Shown here in pieces: positions 12,521 through 24,951 of a stretch of 64,000 nt of DNA; position 1 is the first letter of the stretch; every line of letters starts with the position of its first letter. Position numbers and translations under genes: made by a program. This stretch comes from Octopus sinensis. Taxonomy: Eukaryota. Under the pieces are notes generated by a model, which saw only the letters and a program-made list of their open reading frames with translations, was not told the DNA's origin and did no database searches. Location: positions 38,812,001-38,876,000 of the forward strand of contig NC_043007.1 of NCBI RefSeq assembly GCF_006345805.1, read 5' to 3'.

Positions 12521-13029
12521 AAAATGAAAGTAAATAGCGACAGAGTGATTTGAGGAAGACTAAAGTGAAAGTATTCTGTCTATGACGCTGATAGATACAT
12601 GAGTAAAATGTATGGGAAGCTAAGAGCTAAGAGTGAGTGAAAATGTTCTTGAAAGAGAGTAATTAGTAATAAGTAAACATACACTCATACATACATACAT
12701 ACATACATACATACATACATACACACACACACATACCACACAACATACATACACCACCACATACATACATACACACCATACATACATACATACTACATAT
12801 ACATACATACATACATATACATACATACACACACACACATACACACACACACAGTATTGAAGCTTGAGAACAATCAGATACATTTGCAACACATCTGTTG
12901 AAAATATTATTGTTCACACACATACATATACATATATACATACAGACAGACAGACAGATAGACACACACACACACACACACACACACTGATCCAGCATGG
13001 CCACAACCTCAAGGCTGAAACATATAAAA

Positions 13030-13370
13030 GAATAACAGAATATAAATGTGTGCAAAGTACAAGAAATATTAATGCAGTATATGGGGATTGGACAATAAGC
13101 GTAAGGCAGTGTCAATGGTGGTTCCAGAAATCCCGAGCCATAAACTACAGCCTAGAAGACGAGCCTCATCCTCAAAGATCTGTAGAACTCGACAAGGACA
13201 TCCTGAAAACCCTGGTGGAACAAAATATCATCGTAACTGTTGAGGAACTAGCATAGAAGCTTGGATTGGTCATTCAACCATTCATTGACACCTGTGTGCT
13301 ATCGGAAAAGTCAGCAAATTGGGTCAATGGGTTCCTCACGAACTTCCGAGTCTAATTGCATGCGAGAGTG
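13030..13370 (+). pseudogene. Mariner transposase N-terminal remnant
   Basis: VYG...CQWWFQK...SLEDEPH...VTVEELA...KLGQWVPHEL with stops. Confidence 0.85.
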
Positions 13371-13421
13371 AATGTATGCTTTTCTTTGCTGTCATATCTC
13401 ACCACTACTGCGCTATGTATA

Positions 13422-14056
13422 TCTATATATATAAAACTGTAGTTGTGTGAGTGTCTGTCCCCTTCGATTTAGATTCCTAACTACTCCCACATTTTGTGGT
13501 ACAGTTTAACCAAATTCGGGTAACTTATAGTCGTGATTCATATCGAGCCCGTCTGAATATTAGCGCGCGTCTACGATGAGTCTACGATTTTAAAAATAAT
13601 TTAACATCATTTTTATTATCCATTTTATGCATAATTTTTCGTGTTCGATGGCGGCGGAGTTGGCGTCCACTCCACACCTGCACCTGTGGGGAAGGGAGTG
13701 TAAGGAATCAACGTCGTAATGCGTTGTCAAGGAGACCAGTGTTCTTTTAGAACAACGACTTCATGGCTTGAAGACACCAAAACAGAAATGGCTAAGAAAG
13801 CGTCTACATGAGTCTACGATTTAAAAAAAATTTACCATCGTTTTTTTTTTCCATTTTAATGCATTTTTTCGCTATTATATAAGGGAAGTAACTCTCTAAA
13901 AATGTCTACGATGAGCCAACGATTTAAAAAAAATTTACCATCATATTTTTTCCATTTTTAATGCATTTTTTGCTATTTTTTTGGCTATAACTCTCTAAAA
14001 ATGCTTATATAGTTATTTCCCTTACAAACCCGAGCAACGCCGGGCGATACTGCTAG
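13422..14056 (+). mobile_element. Non-autonomous Helitron
   Basis: A|TCTATATATATAAA start, CCCGAGCAACGCCGGG hairpin, CTAG|T end. Confidence 0.82.
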
Positions 14057-14104
14057 TTTTATTATAAATGCAAAACAACAGCACTGAGGAATCGACGTAA
14101 GCTT

Positions 14105-14122
14105 AAATATATATATATACGT

Positions 14123-14192
<70 letters not shown>

Positions 14193-14263
14193 GGAATATA
14201 TATATGCATTTGTGTATACATGTGTGTGGTGTGTGTGTGTGTGTCTCTGTATGTGTGTGTGTG

Positions 14264-14310
<47 letters not shown>

Positions 14311-14387
14311 TACAGGAATATATATATGCATTTGTGTATACATGTGTGTGTGTGTGGTGTGTGTGTGTCTCTGTATGTGTGTGTGTG

Positions 14388-14426
<39 letters not shown>

Positions 14427-14480
14427 ACAGGAATATATATATGTATTTGTGTATACATGTGTGTGTATATATGCGTATAT
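14105..14480. repeat. About 120-bp higher-order repeat of (TG)n(AG)n blocks, 3 units
   Basis: The unique spacer (G/C)ACAGGAATATATATATG(C/T)ATTTGTGTATACATG occurs three times. Confidence 0.9.
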
Positions 14481-14554
14481 AAACAGAGAACGAAAGACGA
14501 CACTAAGTAAGAGAAACGGGGAGAGAGAAAGGGAAGAAGGGGGAGAGAGAGATA

Positions 14555-14827
14555 ATGGTATCACAGAACAAACATTCTTATAATAACCTGATTACCATTA
14601 ATAGAATTTATTGCCTCTTATCATTCTTATTAACACGGAATTCACAAGTGTTTCTCTTATTATTGTTGTTGTCAGCATTCTGTAGAGTAACTGGCAGCTG
14701 GCTGCGGTACCTGTTTTCAGTTATAAGAACAAACCAAGGGAGAGAGAAAGAGCGGGTGGGAAGGCTCAGATTATTGAGAAAGGACGTGAACAATGGAGGC
14801 GGGGACGTAATAGAAAATATCCAGTTT
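14555..14827 (+). CDS. WFDC1: WFDC1-like coding exon 1 (signal peptide and N-terminal linker)
   Basis: ATG at 14555, 91 open codons MVSQ...VFLLLLLLSAFCRVTG-SWLRYL...ENIQF, ending at a GTAAGC donor in phase 0 that matches the phase-0 WAP exon. The hydrophobic signal-like stretch followed by W resembles vertebrate ps20. The link across a 16.9 kb intron is inferred. Confidence 0.6.
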
Positions 14828-15204
14828 GTAAGCCTACCTACTTACAGAATATTGGGGAGCAAAAGATTTCGGCTAAGGTGATGACGAAAAAGATTACTGT
14901 TTGTCTTGGATTATAGCTACCACGCCCGAACAACTTCTCCATCTGCTACACACACACACAAAGATTAAAGAACAAAACAAAAATGGTAAAAAAGAAAACA
15001 AATTATAATTAAAAAATGGCTAACCATTTGATTGGTTGCGAAAGACTCACTCACAAGCACATTATATAATTCTCCTGACCCAACACAACAAGGATGGAAC
15101 CTTGATGCTCTCCAATTAACAACCAAGGCTTCACCAAATCACAGCTCTGTGCCTTAGAAAAACAAGAACACATTGGAACGGTCCTGAATGCATTGAAGTT
15201 ACTC

Positions 15205-15340
15205 GTGGCTGTGTGGTAAGTAGCTTGCTTACCAACAACATGGTTCCGGGTTCAGTCCCACTGCGTGGCACCTTGGGCAAGTGTCTTCTACTATAGCCTC
15301 AGGCCGACCAAAGCCTTGTGAGTGGATTTGGTAGACGGAA
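15205..15340 (+). mobile_element. SINE family A head
   Basis: Matches family head; truncated at the microsatellite. Confidence 0.8.
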
Positions 15341-15403
15341 TGTATGTATGTATGTTAGTATGTATGTATGTATGTATGTATGTATGTATGTATGTATGTA
15401 TGT

Positions 15404-15473
<70 letters not shown>

Positions 15474-15474
<1 letters not shown>

Positions 15475-16316
15475 TAGCAGAATTGCCCGTGTTGCTCGGG
15501 GCTGAATTGCTTGAAAGTACTGTTAATGATTGCATTGAATTATGATGATTATTCAGGCAAATATTGATATAAGTTTACGGTGGGAGATAAGGACTTAACG
15601 ATCAAACGTGTGCCATTGCATTGTTTTGGGGGAACCAAATTTCTGATGAGCATTATAGGGGCACCAACTTTAAGTTGAGAAAGTGTGGTGGTAGTCCGGG
15701 GTGCTCAAAGGAATTGAGTACCTCTATTGGATAGTTGATGACGTCCTCTGGGTCAGGAGTTGTATCGATAGACTGATATACATAGACTTCCCCAGGAATG
15801 AGTTTTAGCATTTCATCATTAATATGGTGAACAGTTTTATTTCTCGGGCCAGTATAGCCTTTTTGCCAATCCAATCCATATTCTGATAATTAGCTTGTAG
15901 ATCTGGGAACACTGCATCTCTGAGATCAGAAGGCGTCTTAACAATGGTACAAATGAATCGATGGCAACATTACCATTTTCATCCCCTGGTATTTTGCCTT
16001 CGCCAAGTGCAAGGAGGGTGTGAGGAAATGCTGCTGATGTGATATTACGTCGCATATGAGCACGCATATTGGTGTGAAGTTTGAGAGTTACTTCCCTTTA
16101 TTAAAAAAAATATGCATTAAAATGGAAAAAAATTATGGTAAATTATTTGTAAAATCATAGACTCATCGTAGACGCGCGCTAATACCCAGCAGGGCTCGAT
16201 ATGAATCACGACTATAAGATACCCGGTTTTGGTTAAACTGCATCGCAAAATGTGGGAGTAGTTAGGAATCTAAATCGGAGTAGACAGACACACAACCCTT
16301 CTTTTATATATAAAGA
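15474..16316 (-). mobile_element. Helitron with PIF1-like helicase fragment
   Basis: TC/CTAG termini and hairpin. Frameshifted ...INDEMLKLIPGEVYVYQSIDT...YPIEVLNSFEHPGLPPHFLNLK...CNGTRL. Its 5' end matches 13422. Confidence 0.82.
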
Positions 16317-16680
16317 TTTTCGTCCTAAAAAACTTTGTATGGATTGAATGGTTACCTCTATGGAAATATATACACGCACATTATACATACATGTGTGTAT
16401 AGATGAATATATAAATACATTTAAATATCTATATACACTTTTGGGCGATCTTTCTGTTTCTTAGAGATAACTTTAGATCTTATTTTCGTCCCCAAAAACT
16501 TTGTATGGAGTGAATGGTTACCTCTATGGAAATATACACACACACATTATACATACATCTGTGTATAGATGAATATATAAATACATTGAAATATCTATAT
16601 ACACTTTTGGGCGATCTTTCTGCTACTTGGATATACTTTAGATCTTATATTCGTCCTAAAAAACTTTGTATGAATTGAAA
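16317..16680. repeat. 165-166 bp tandem repeat, about 2.2 copies
   Basis: TTCGTCC(T/C)AAAAAACTTTGTATG at 16321, 16487, 16652. Confidence 0.9.
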
Positions 16681-17430
16681 AAGAAAATGAATTGAAATTT
16701 TTAAGAAAGGAATTTGTTTACATACATGTGTCAAATGGCAAATGTTTGTGCAGTTGTCCGAAATGGAACCAGGGTAAATGTGTGGAACTGATGTATTATA
16801 ATGAATAGTAATTCTTGTTGTGAATATTAATTTGATTAATATGAACTGAAAACCAGTGGTGTAGCATATAAGACCATAGGTGATCTTCTAGCAAAAAGGA
16901 CGACCAGTCTGACTGGCTCATCCCTGTCACACACTCACACACACGCACACACACACACACACGCACCCTCACACACACACACACACACGCACACACACAC
17001 ACACACACTCACACACACGCACACACACACACACACACGTTAGCTTACAATTTTATTTATATATTTGCGTGTGTATGTGTGTAAATAGGAAGTGGGAGTA
17101 ATATGCAGAGTAAAGGCTTTGAAGTGAAATGGTAAAATATTTAGTTTTCTCGAATTTTTTCTGAAATGGGGGTGAAATTGAAAGAAATTTTGTATGCCAA
17201 GTACTTTGAAAAATCATAGGTAAACTCTAATTGAAGAAATTGTGTGAGGAGTAAATCGTTATGTATTTATTTGTTTCTGTTTGCTGTGTTTTTTTTTAGT
17301 AGTGGTTTAAGGTACACTTGCAAAGAGAAAGTATGAGTGAAGCAGTTCATCCGTTTCACTTTAATCGTTGCACACTTGCAAAGAGAAAGGAGGAGAAATT
17401 AGGGTGATAGAATGAGTGAAGCAGTTCGCT

Positions 17431-17467
<37 letters not shown>

Positions 17468-17931
17468 AGCCCACACTAAGAAAAGCACTTCACTTACACA
17501 CCACAATGTGAGTTTTCTCGAAATTTTGCTTAATTGGGGGTGAAATTTGAAAAACTGTACCTGGCACGACCCGATGTATTCTACTCTTAAAAATGCTAGG
17601 TAAATTGTAATTGAAGAAATCCTATATTGTAGATTTCTATAAGAGACAAAGGGAGCTTGTATCATGCTCTCTCTCTTTTTATTTATCTGGAATCGGCTCA
17701 TATAATGTTTACTATTGGATACCTACTTGCTTCAAATTTAGACACAAAGCTATCAATTTTCAAGGGTTGGGTTGGTCAATTAAATCCACCTCAGCACTTG
17801 ATTTGTACTTTATTTTATCGACAAGAGATGAAAAGAGTTGTTCAACAGCGGGACTTTGAACCAGAACGCAAAGAAACGAAACAAATATAGTAAAGTTTAT
17901 TTTTCCCTGCCGATGTTCAAATGATTATACC

Positions 17932-18145
17932 AGGCGTAGGAGTGGCTGTGTGGTAAGTAGCTTGTTTACCAACCACTTGGTTCCGGGTTCAGTCCCACTG
18001 CGTGGCACCTTGAGCAAGTGTCTTCTACTATAGCCACGGGTCGACCAAAGCCTTGTGAATGGATTTGGTAGACGGAAACTGAAAGAAGCCCGTCGTATAT
18101 ATGTATGTATATATATATATTTATATGTGTGTGTATGTTTGTGTG

Positions 18146-18193
<48 letters not shown>

Positions 18194-18400
18194 TGTTTGT
18201 GTGTCTGTGTTTGTCCCCCCAACATCGCTTCACAACCGATGCTGGTGTGTTTACGTAACCGTAACTTAGCGGTTCGGCAAAATAGACCGATAGAATAAGT
18301 ACCAGGCTTACAAAGAATAAGTCCTGGGGTCGATTTGCTGGACTAAAGGCGCTGCTCCAGCATGGCCACAGTCAAATGACCGAAACAAGTAAAAGAGTAA
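17932..18400 (+). mobile_element. SINE family A
   Basis: Full-length consensus match. Confidence 0.85.
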
Positions 18401-19171
18401 AAGAGTTTTAAAGAGTCCGCCGTGCTTGTATATATAATCACTTCTATAATTTAATTTTACATCATGTAAAGCTAGAAGGAAGCAACGATATGGAGTCGTG
18501 TCAGTGAGCTTGTTTCCATTTCCGACAGAAGCCAATTCATTTCACATCAATGACGTCACTGAGATTGGTGTTATCCGGTGCAATAACTGATGGTGTCACT
18601 CCTACCCATGGACTTCCTCCCGTAACACAGACCAAACCAAACAGAATCCTTAGTAATTATTTTTTTTTTTACTTATGTTACTCCTAAGTCGTAATTTTCC
18701 TTTAGCACTGAACGTAGCATGCTTCTTTTAACCACACAAAAATTCATCAGTGATAGAAATAAACGATTAAAAAGAATGTATTGTTCACGTATAACAATAA
18801 GAATATTTTCAAATACTTGATCACCACAATGTTCGTACGCATTATTTCACCACATACGTTCCAGTTCTTTCAAGTAATTATGAAATAGTTCCTCTGATGT
18901 ATCCTACACCCGATTCAATTTTTCATTGGCATGAAATCAAAAGAGATTTTGAGTTCATGTAGGCTGGCAGGATTTAAAAAGAAAATCATATTGGCGTTTT
19001 ATTACATGTGATAGCTATTTATAGTCAAGTTTAAAGAAGGTAGTGACACTCAACAAGACACTCGTGATTATTTATTTTGCTTTTTTAATTACTGAACAAA
19101 CGTCCACGATGAATCAACTCCGTAATATGATATCTTTTCACAGCTAGCGGGACTGGACGAAATCTCTAAAC

Positions 19172-19650
19172 CAGTGATTCTCAACCGGGGTCCACATGGC
19201 TTCTGAGGGTCAATATAAGATTTGGTGGTGGGGTTTCCACGCAACAAAATAGTAAATTGGGGATCCACAATAATATTTTAAGGGTCCCCTGGAAAATTTT
19301 TACTTTAGATGTATGTATTGCAAGAAACATCTAGATTTCTTTCTCTGCCGTTTTACATATTTCAACCTACACAAATTAATTTGTGAAAAACAAAATAGGA
19401 ATTTTGAAAGAAGTTTCTATAAAATAGTTTCAAACATCGAATGCAAATGGGGGGGGGGGTCCACCAGAATTAGATCGTAATCAACGAGGTCCATAAATAA
19501 AAAATGGTTGAGAACCCCTGCTTTAGATGTATGTATTGGTATGTACTGCAAGAAACGACTACGTTTCTTTCTCGACCATTTTACATATTTCAACCTACAC
19601 AAATTAATTTGTGAAAAAGAAAATAGGAATTTTGAGAGAAGTTTCTATAA
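19172..19650. mobile_element. hAT-type MITE copy plus repeated internal segment
   Basis: Same TIRs (19172-19520), followed by CTTTAGAT and a second copy of the MITE interior. Confidence 0.75.
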
Positions 19651-19699
19651 AAATGGTGGTCTCTCGCAGTCCGAGGAAGACAGTTCTGCAATTTCTTAC

Positions 19700-19942
19700 T
19701 GAATAACCTGCACAAACGATTTGCTTATAGTGACCAAATGTTAGCTGTGTACATTAGCGCACTTCCTCCATCAAAGTGACAGGTGCATGGTGTGTCCACA
19801 CATCAGGCGTCGAAGTGATCGCAAAGCAACGTGAGATGAAGTATATATTTTGCTCAAGAACACAACGCGCCATCCAGACCGGTAATTGAAACCGAGATCT
19901 CGCGATCGTGAGTACAACACTCTACCCACTAGGCCATGCGCT
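19700..19942 (-). mobile_element. SINE family B-related (diverged)
   Basis: Reverse-complement tRNA-like head and central domain. Confidence 0.6.
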
Positions 19943-20003
19943 CTCACAAAGAAGGAAAGTATTCAATAATACTTGGTTTCTAACATTCTCAGCTCATAAT
20001 GAT

Positions 20004-20470
20004 GCGGCGAGCTGGTAGAAGTGCTAGCATGTAGAGCAATATGCTTAGTGATGTTTTACCTGTCTTCGCGTTCTGAGTTCAAATTCTGCTGTGGTCAACT
20101 TTGCATTTTATCCGTTCGAGGTCGATAAAATAAGCACCCACAGAATATAGCAATCAATGGAATCGACTTACCCCTTCTCTCGAAATTATTGGCCTTGTGC
20201 CAAGATTTGAACCCAATATTTTTAATCATGCGTAATAATTGTTGTTTTTAACAGCCATTGTTTTTAATTTATATACAAGACCAGCAATTGTTAGTGAGAG
20301 GGGAAAAGTTAGTTATATCGACTCCTAAACGTAACTTGTGCTTTATTTTCTTTACCCTCGGGTATGAAAAGCAAAGTTGATTTCGATGGAATTTGAACTC
20401 ACAACATAAAGAGTCAGAATAAATACACCAAAGGAATTTAATCAGATGCTCTAACGACTCTGCTACATTG
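20004..20470. mobile_element. Two diverged family C SINEs, tail-to-tail
   Basis: Plus copy 20004-20215, minus copy 20280-20470. Confidence 0.6.
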
Positions 20471-20789
20471 CTAACTACCTATATATTATGCATGCTTACA
20501 TACATACATATAAACATACATACATACATACATACAAACATGCATACATACGTACGTACGTACATACATACATACATACATACATACATACATACACACA
20601 CACATACATAAACACATATAAGTACACACTCACACATTTAGGCACAAGGCAAGCAATTTTTAGGAAGGGGTGGTGTAAGACGATACTGTCAACTTCAGTA
20701 CTTGACTGATTCTTTATTTCAGTGACCCCGAAAAAAAAAAGAAAGATAAAGCTGGTTTGGTCGTACGTGATCTCAGAATGTAAAGAGCC

Positions 20790-21800
20790 AGAGGAAATGA
20801 GGAGGACCTCCAGGGATAATCGAGGAACCCCACCATCCAAGATCTCCCTGAATATCAAGGACAAGTGCCCTCTCCAACACCTCTTCACCGACTCATAGGT
20901 CTACATTTAGAGCGGTATCATCCACTCTTTCATTTTCGCAATTTTCACCCACATTTTAATAAATTCACTCGAGAAAAGCACCTCCCTCTACACCCTCACT
21001 TTCCTTTTAAAGGGAAACTTGAAAATGTCAATGAGGGTCTCTGTCCTCATTTCTCTCGGCTCAGCAACCAGACAACCTCTTTCGCCACAGCCACCAGGCA
21101 AAGGAAAACAGCCTTGCTTTCTCGATTAAAAGAGTTCGGCAGGGCAATCATCACTATGGACTCGGCCGACAGACGGATACGTCCCATACGCGACAGCAGC
21201 TGTTCAACATAACTCCACAAGTCAGCAATGCCCGGACACAGAACGAGAGCATGTAGAACGGTTTCGTCGATCTGCGTATGCCTCGGACAAGCCCATCTGA
21301 CATCCGTACCTGTAGAGTTTATTTCGAGCCGGAAATTACGCATAGCTGTCCCCGACCGCAAAATCCCCCGGAACAGACTAGTCAGTTCATTTTCATCGAC
21401 TCCCAAAGTGTCCCCGAGAATATCATCACACTTTCCTGCTATTAAGCCTCTCTATATAGCTAAAGTGAAACACTCACCGAACCTATTGCCCAACTGGTAG
21501 AGGACTGTGAGTGCCTGATGACATTCTAGGTGCAGCTCCGTCAAGGAGACGAGCTGCGGAAAGATCTGTCTCACAAACGGAGCCTACATACGTTCAGCGT
21601 CTAGAAATTGTTGCAGGTGGCGCAACCTGAGTGCGTGTCTGCGCATCAAAAGCCATGGGACGCCTAAGCCGCAACACAGAGGGAGCTGGCAGCAAATTGA
21701 GCGCCTGACCATTGGAACGCGCCCCTTCCAGAAGAAAATAAACAAGAGACGCTCCGACTTAATCAAGCAGTAACTGGGGTAAGGCACGACGGTCAGCTAA
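20790..21800 (-). pseudogene. Tx1/L1-clade LINE ORF2 3' remnant (same family)
   Basis: FFWKGRVPMVRRSICCQ...GLGVP and CP...ETVLHALVLC zinc-knuckle remnant. Confidence 0.8.
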
Positions 21801-22204
21801 TCTCCAACATCGCATAAATTAAATTCAATTTAGTAATAATGAATTTTTAGAAAATGAAAATACCCCTGTATTTTCTTTCCTTTTGACTAAAATTTTTTTT
21901 GAAGAATTTAAACATTTTCACATTTCACTGCAGTAATAATTTCCAAATGGCTTCTTGGATTTCTGTATCGGTAAATATCAGTCAGCATAAAATTCAGAGG
22001 AATGGGTAAGTTTATCTGCCAAGAGGTAAGCAGAAAGTGAAGAAAAAGAAGAGCCAGAAATTTGGAAAGGAAGGTGGAATGTTACATTAACTCAACTACA
22101 GAGAGAGATACATCTACACTGATAAATTAAATAGTAAGGTGGGTAGGAACAAAGCCTCAAAGAACTATACAGTTATAACTACGATGGCAGGTTAAAATAT
22201 TGTA

Positions 22205-22437
22205 AGGCGGCGAACTGGCAGAAACGTTAGCACGCCGTGCGAAATACGTAGCCGTATTTCGTCTGCCGTTACGCACTGAGTTCAAATTCCGCCGAGGTCG
22301 ACTTTGCCTTTCATCCTTTCGGGGTCGATAAATTAAGTACCAGTTACGCACTGGGGTCGATGTAATCGACTTAATCCGTTTGTCCGCCCTTGTTTGTCCC
22401 CTCTGCGTTTAGCCCCTTGTGGATAGTAAAGAAATAG
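22205..22437 (+). mobile_element. SINE family C (Nin-domain-like)
   Basis: Contains GCCTTTCATCCTTTCGGGGTCGATAAATTAAGTACCAG, resembling the Nin central domain; more than 12 copies in the window. Confidence 0.8.
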
Positions 22438-23019
22438 GTTAAAGTATTGTGTAGACAGGGATTGACAGGAAGGAGGATAGAAGAAATGCTTCAAAGGACC
22501 AAAAATAAGTACAGTTATAATAACGGATTAATGAATTGTGAGTCAGATGAAAATCGGTAGAAGATTGGGAGGAAATATATATATACAAACAGAAGGTGAT
22601 GTGGGAATTAGTCGCACAAGCGCACATACGAGTGAGTGCTGAAAAGGTCTTGGCTTTGGGGAAAAGAAGATACAGGAGGATCAGTTAATTATTTTAATTC
22701 AACATATTCCCTTCTTAGATTCGCACACTTATTGCAGCGGTCCTTCAGTTTTTCTAAGTCCTGTAAAAGAACTCGGAAGGTTGGGCCTCCGGCCAGGAAT
22801 TTCGCGACACCCTTAATGCCAGGAACTATTCAACACACCCTCGTATATGTACTGCTAAATTTAAACACTCACGTACGTTTTCTCACGCTTTCACTTCAAA
22901 ACGTTAAAGGACCATCTTGACTTTGTATGTGTGTGTGCGTGCGTGTGTGAATAATTGTGTATGTGTGTGTGAGCGCACGCGTGCATGAGCATGTGCGTGC
23001 CGAAAAGAACGACACACGC

Positions 23020-23432
23020 AATTTAACTCTCTTTTACGTGTTTCAGTCATTTGACTGCGGCCATGCTGGAGCACCGCCTTTAGTCGAGCAAATCGACCCC
23101 AGGACTTATTCTTTGTAAGCCTAGTACTTATTCTATCAGTCTCTTTTTGCCGAACCGCTAAGTTACGGGGACCTAAACACACTAGTATCGGTTGTTAAGC
23201 GATATTGGGGGGGGGGGAGAAACATAGACACACAAACACACACACATATATACATATACATATATATACGACGGGCTTCTTTCAGTTTCCGTCTACCAAA
23301 TCCACTCACAAGGCTTTGGCGGGCCCGAGGCTACAGTAGAAGACACTTGCCCAAGGTGCCACGCAGTGGGACTGAACCCGGAACCATGTGGTTGGTAAGC
23401 AAGCTACTTACCACACAGCCACTCCTGCGCCT
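23020..23432 (-). mobile_element. SINE family A
   Basis: Reverse-complement full-length copy. Confidence 0.85.
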
Positions 23433-23799
23433 ATATAGTTAAATTGTACGTATCTTTTCTCGTATGTTATTTACTCTATTGGGTGATTTAAATGGCTACA
23501 CGGGAGTTTTTTTAGACAAAATCACCATCTGACCGGAAATAAAACATTTTCTGGCTGTGAAGAAGAGGATTGTCTAATCTTTAGAACGCATTTTCGGCGA
23601 TGTTATGTATGTGAGGCGGTCGTAAGAGATCGTTAGAGACGGTGATGCATAGCAAGAAGAACGACTGAAGATACATGTAACACGTTGTACGACGCACTAG
23701 AGGGAGCCACATGATGAATGTGAGGTTTTCCAAATAAATAAAAAACAAGAAATCGAATAACCAGCTAGAGGAAGTGTCTATCTGGGGTTAAGATATTAA

Positions 23800-24180
23800 G
23801 CGACTAGAATCCTTCGATCACCTCTGTCTACGCCGAATCCTTCGTGCCCGATAGCATCACTTTGTCCCCAGCAATTCGGTGCGACACCAGTGCAAAATCA
23901 CCTCCTTCCGACAAGTCATCCTAACGAGACGGCTGCGATGGCTGGGTCATGCCTTCCATCGTCAACCAGGAGAATTCATATACAAAGCAATTGCCCCAGC
24001 TCCCCTTCAGAGTTGGCGAAAACGACGTGGTGAATAACGAAAAAACCTGGCTGATGACAGTCAAGGCTGATCTGGAACCCAACCCCATGTCTACGGCGTT
24101 CGCCGCTGGAATAAGGAGTGGTTGGAGATCACGCGGTCGTTAGCCTCAAATCGCCAGGCCTGGTCGGCGTTTGTGAGAAA
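23800..24180 (+). pseudogene. RTE-clade LINE C-terminal remnant
   Basis: RRLRWLGH, ..RKTWLMTVKADL, SNRQAWSAFVR motifs. Confidence 0.75.
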
Positions 24181-24232
24181 TGCAGCACTGAGGATGCAGC
24201 ACTGAGGATGCAGCACTGAGGATGCAGCACTG
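24181..24232 (+). repeat. 14-bp tandem repeat TGCAGCACTGAGGA x3.7
   Basis: Read directly. Confidence 0.95.
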
Positions 24233-24420
24233 TTCTCACAGAACAGCCATGTTTAAGTGGCGATAAACGTTACTTCTCAGTATAGTTACTGCTTTCATCT
24301 CGTAAAGAGATTTTCTAATTAGCAAATTTGCTTGTTGCAAGATCAGTGACTGTGTATCACTTGTTTCTATATATTGCGAGCTAGAGTGAACCACTACTTT
24401 CTCTAGCGGACGAATATCTA

Positions 24421-24462
24421 CCACCCAGGATGACCACGAAGAGGTCGAAACTGTATGGTCTG
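24421..24462 (+). ncRNA. Decayed hammerhead motif
   Basis: CCCAGGA (vs CUGAGGA)-U-GACC...GGUC-GAAA-C-UGUAUG-G-UC; stems II and III intact, core broken. Confidence 0.5.
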
Positions 24463-24951
24463 ATGGTCTTGTGACTGGAAGATGGTACGGTTCGCTCCCC
24501 TGCTTGCTATATATATCGGATGCAGATTGCATCGAATAACCAGCTGGGAGAGGCGTCCTCCTGGGGTTAAAAATAGTAGTAACGTCAGTTCCTATGGAAC
24601 AATCATCTTTGAGTGGTGATAAACGTTACTTCTCTGTGTAGTTACTGCTTTCATCGCATACAAAGATTTTCTGAACTAGGAAAATAATATATAGAATGAA
24701 ATATAAACAAAACATGAAAAATTCTTGAGTGGAATCAAGTTTATTTTCAAAATGGTGCGTAGGTGACATTACCGAATGTTAGCTTGACTGAAATAGTTGC
24801 TTCAGAAGAATTATTTCATGGAGACGCAAAATTTAAAACTTCCGAGAGAAGTTACCATGCCAGATCTGTGGATTGCATTAAGAATAATGTTTGTTATACT
24901 CTACCTATAACAGTAGTCACGGAGACAGAAGCTTTAGTTTACCAAAGCTTA

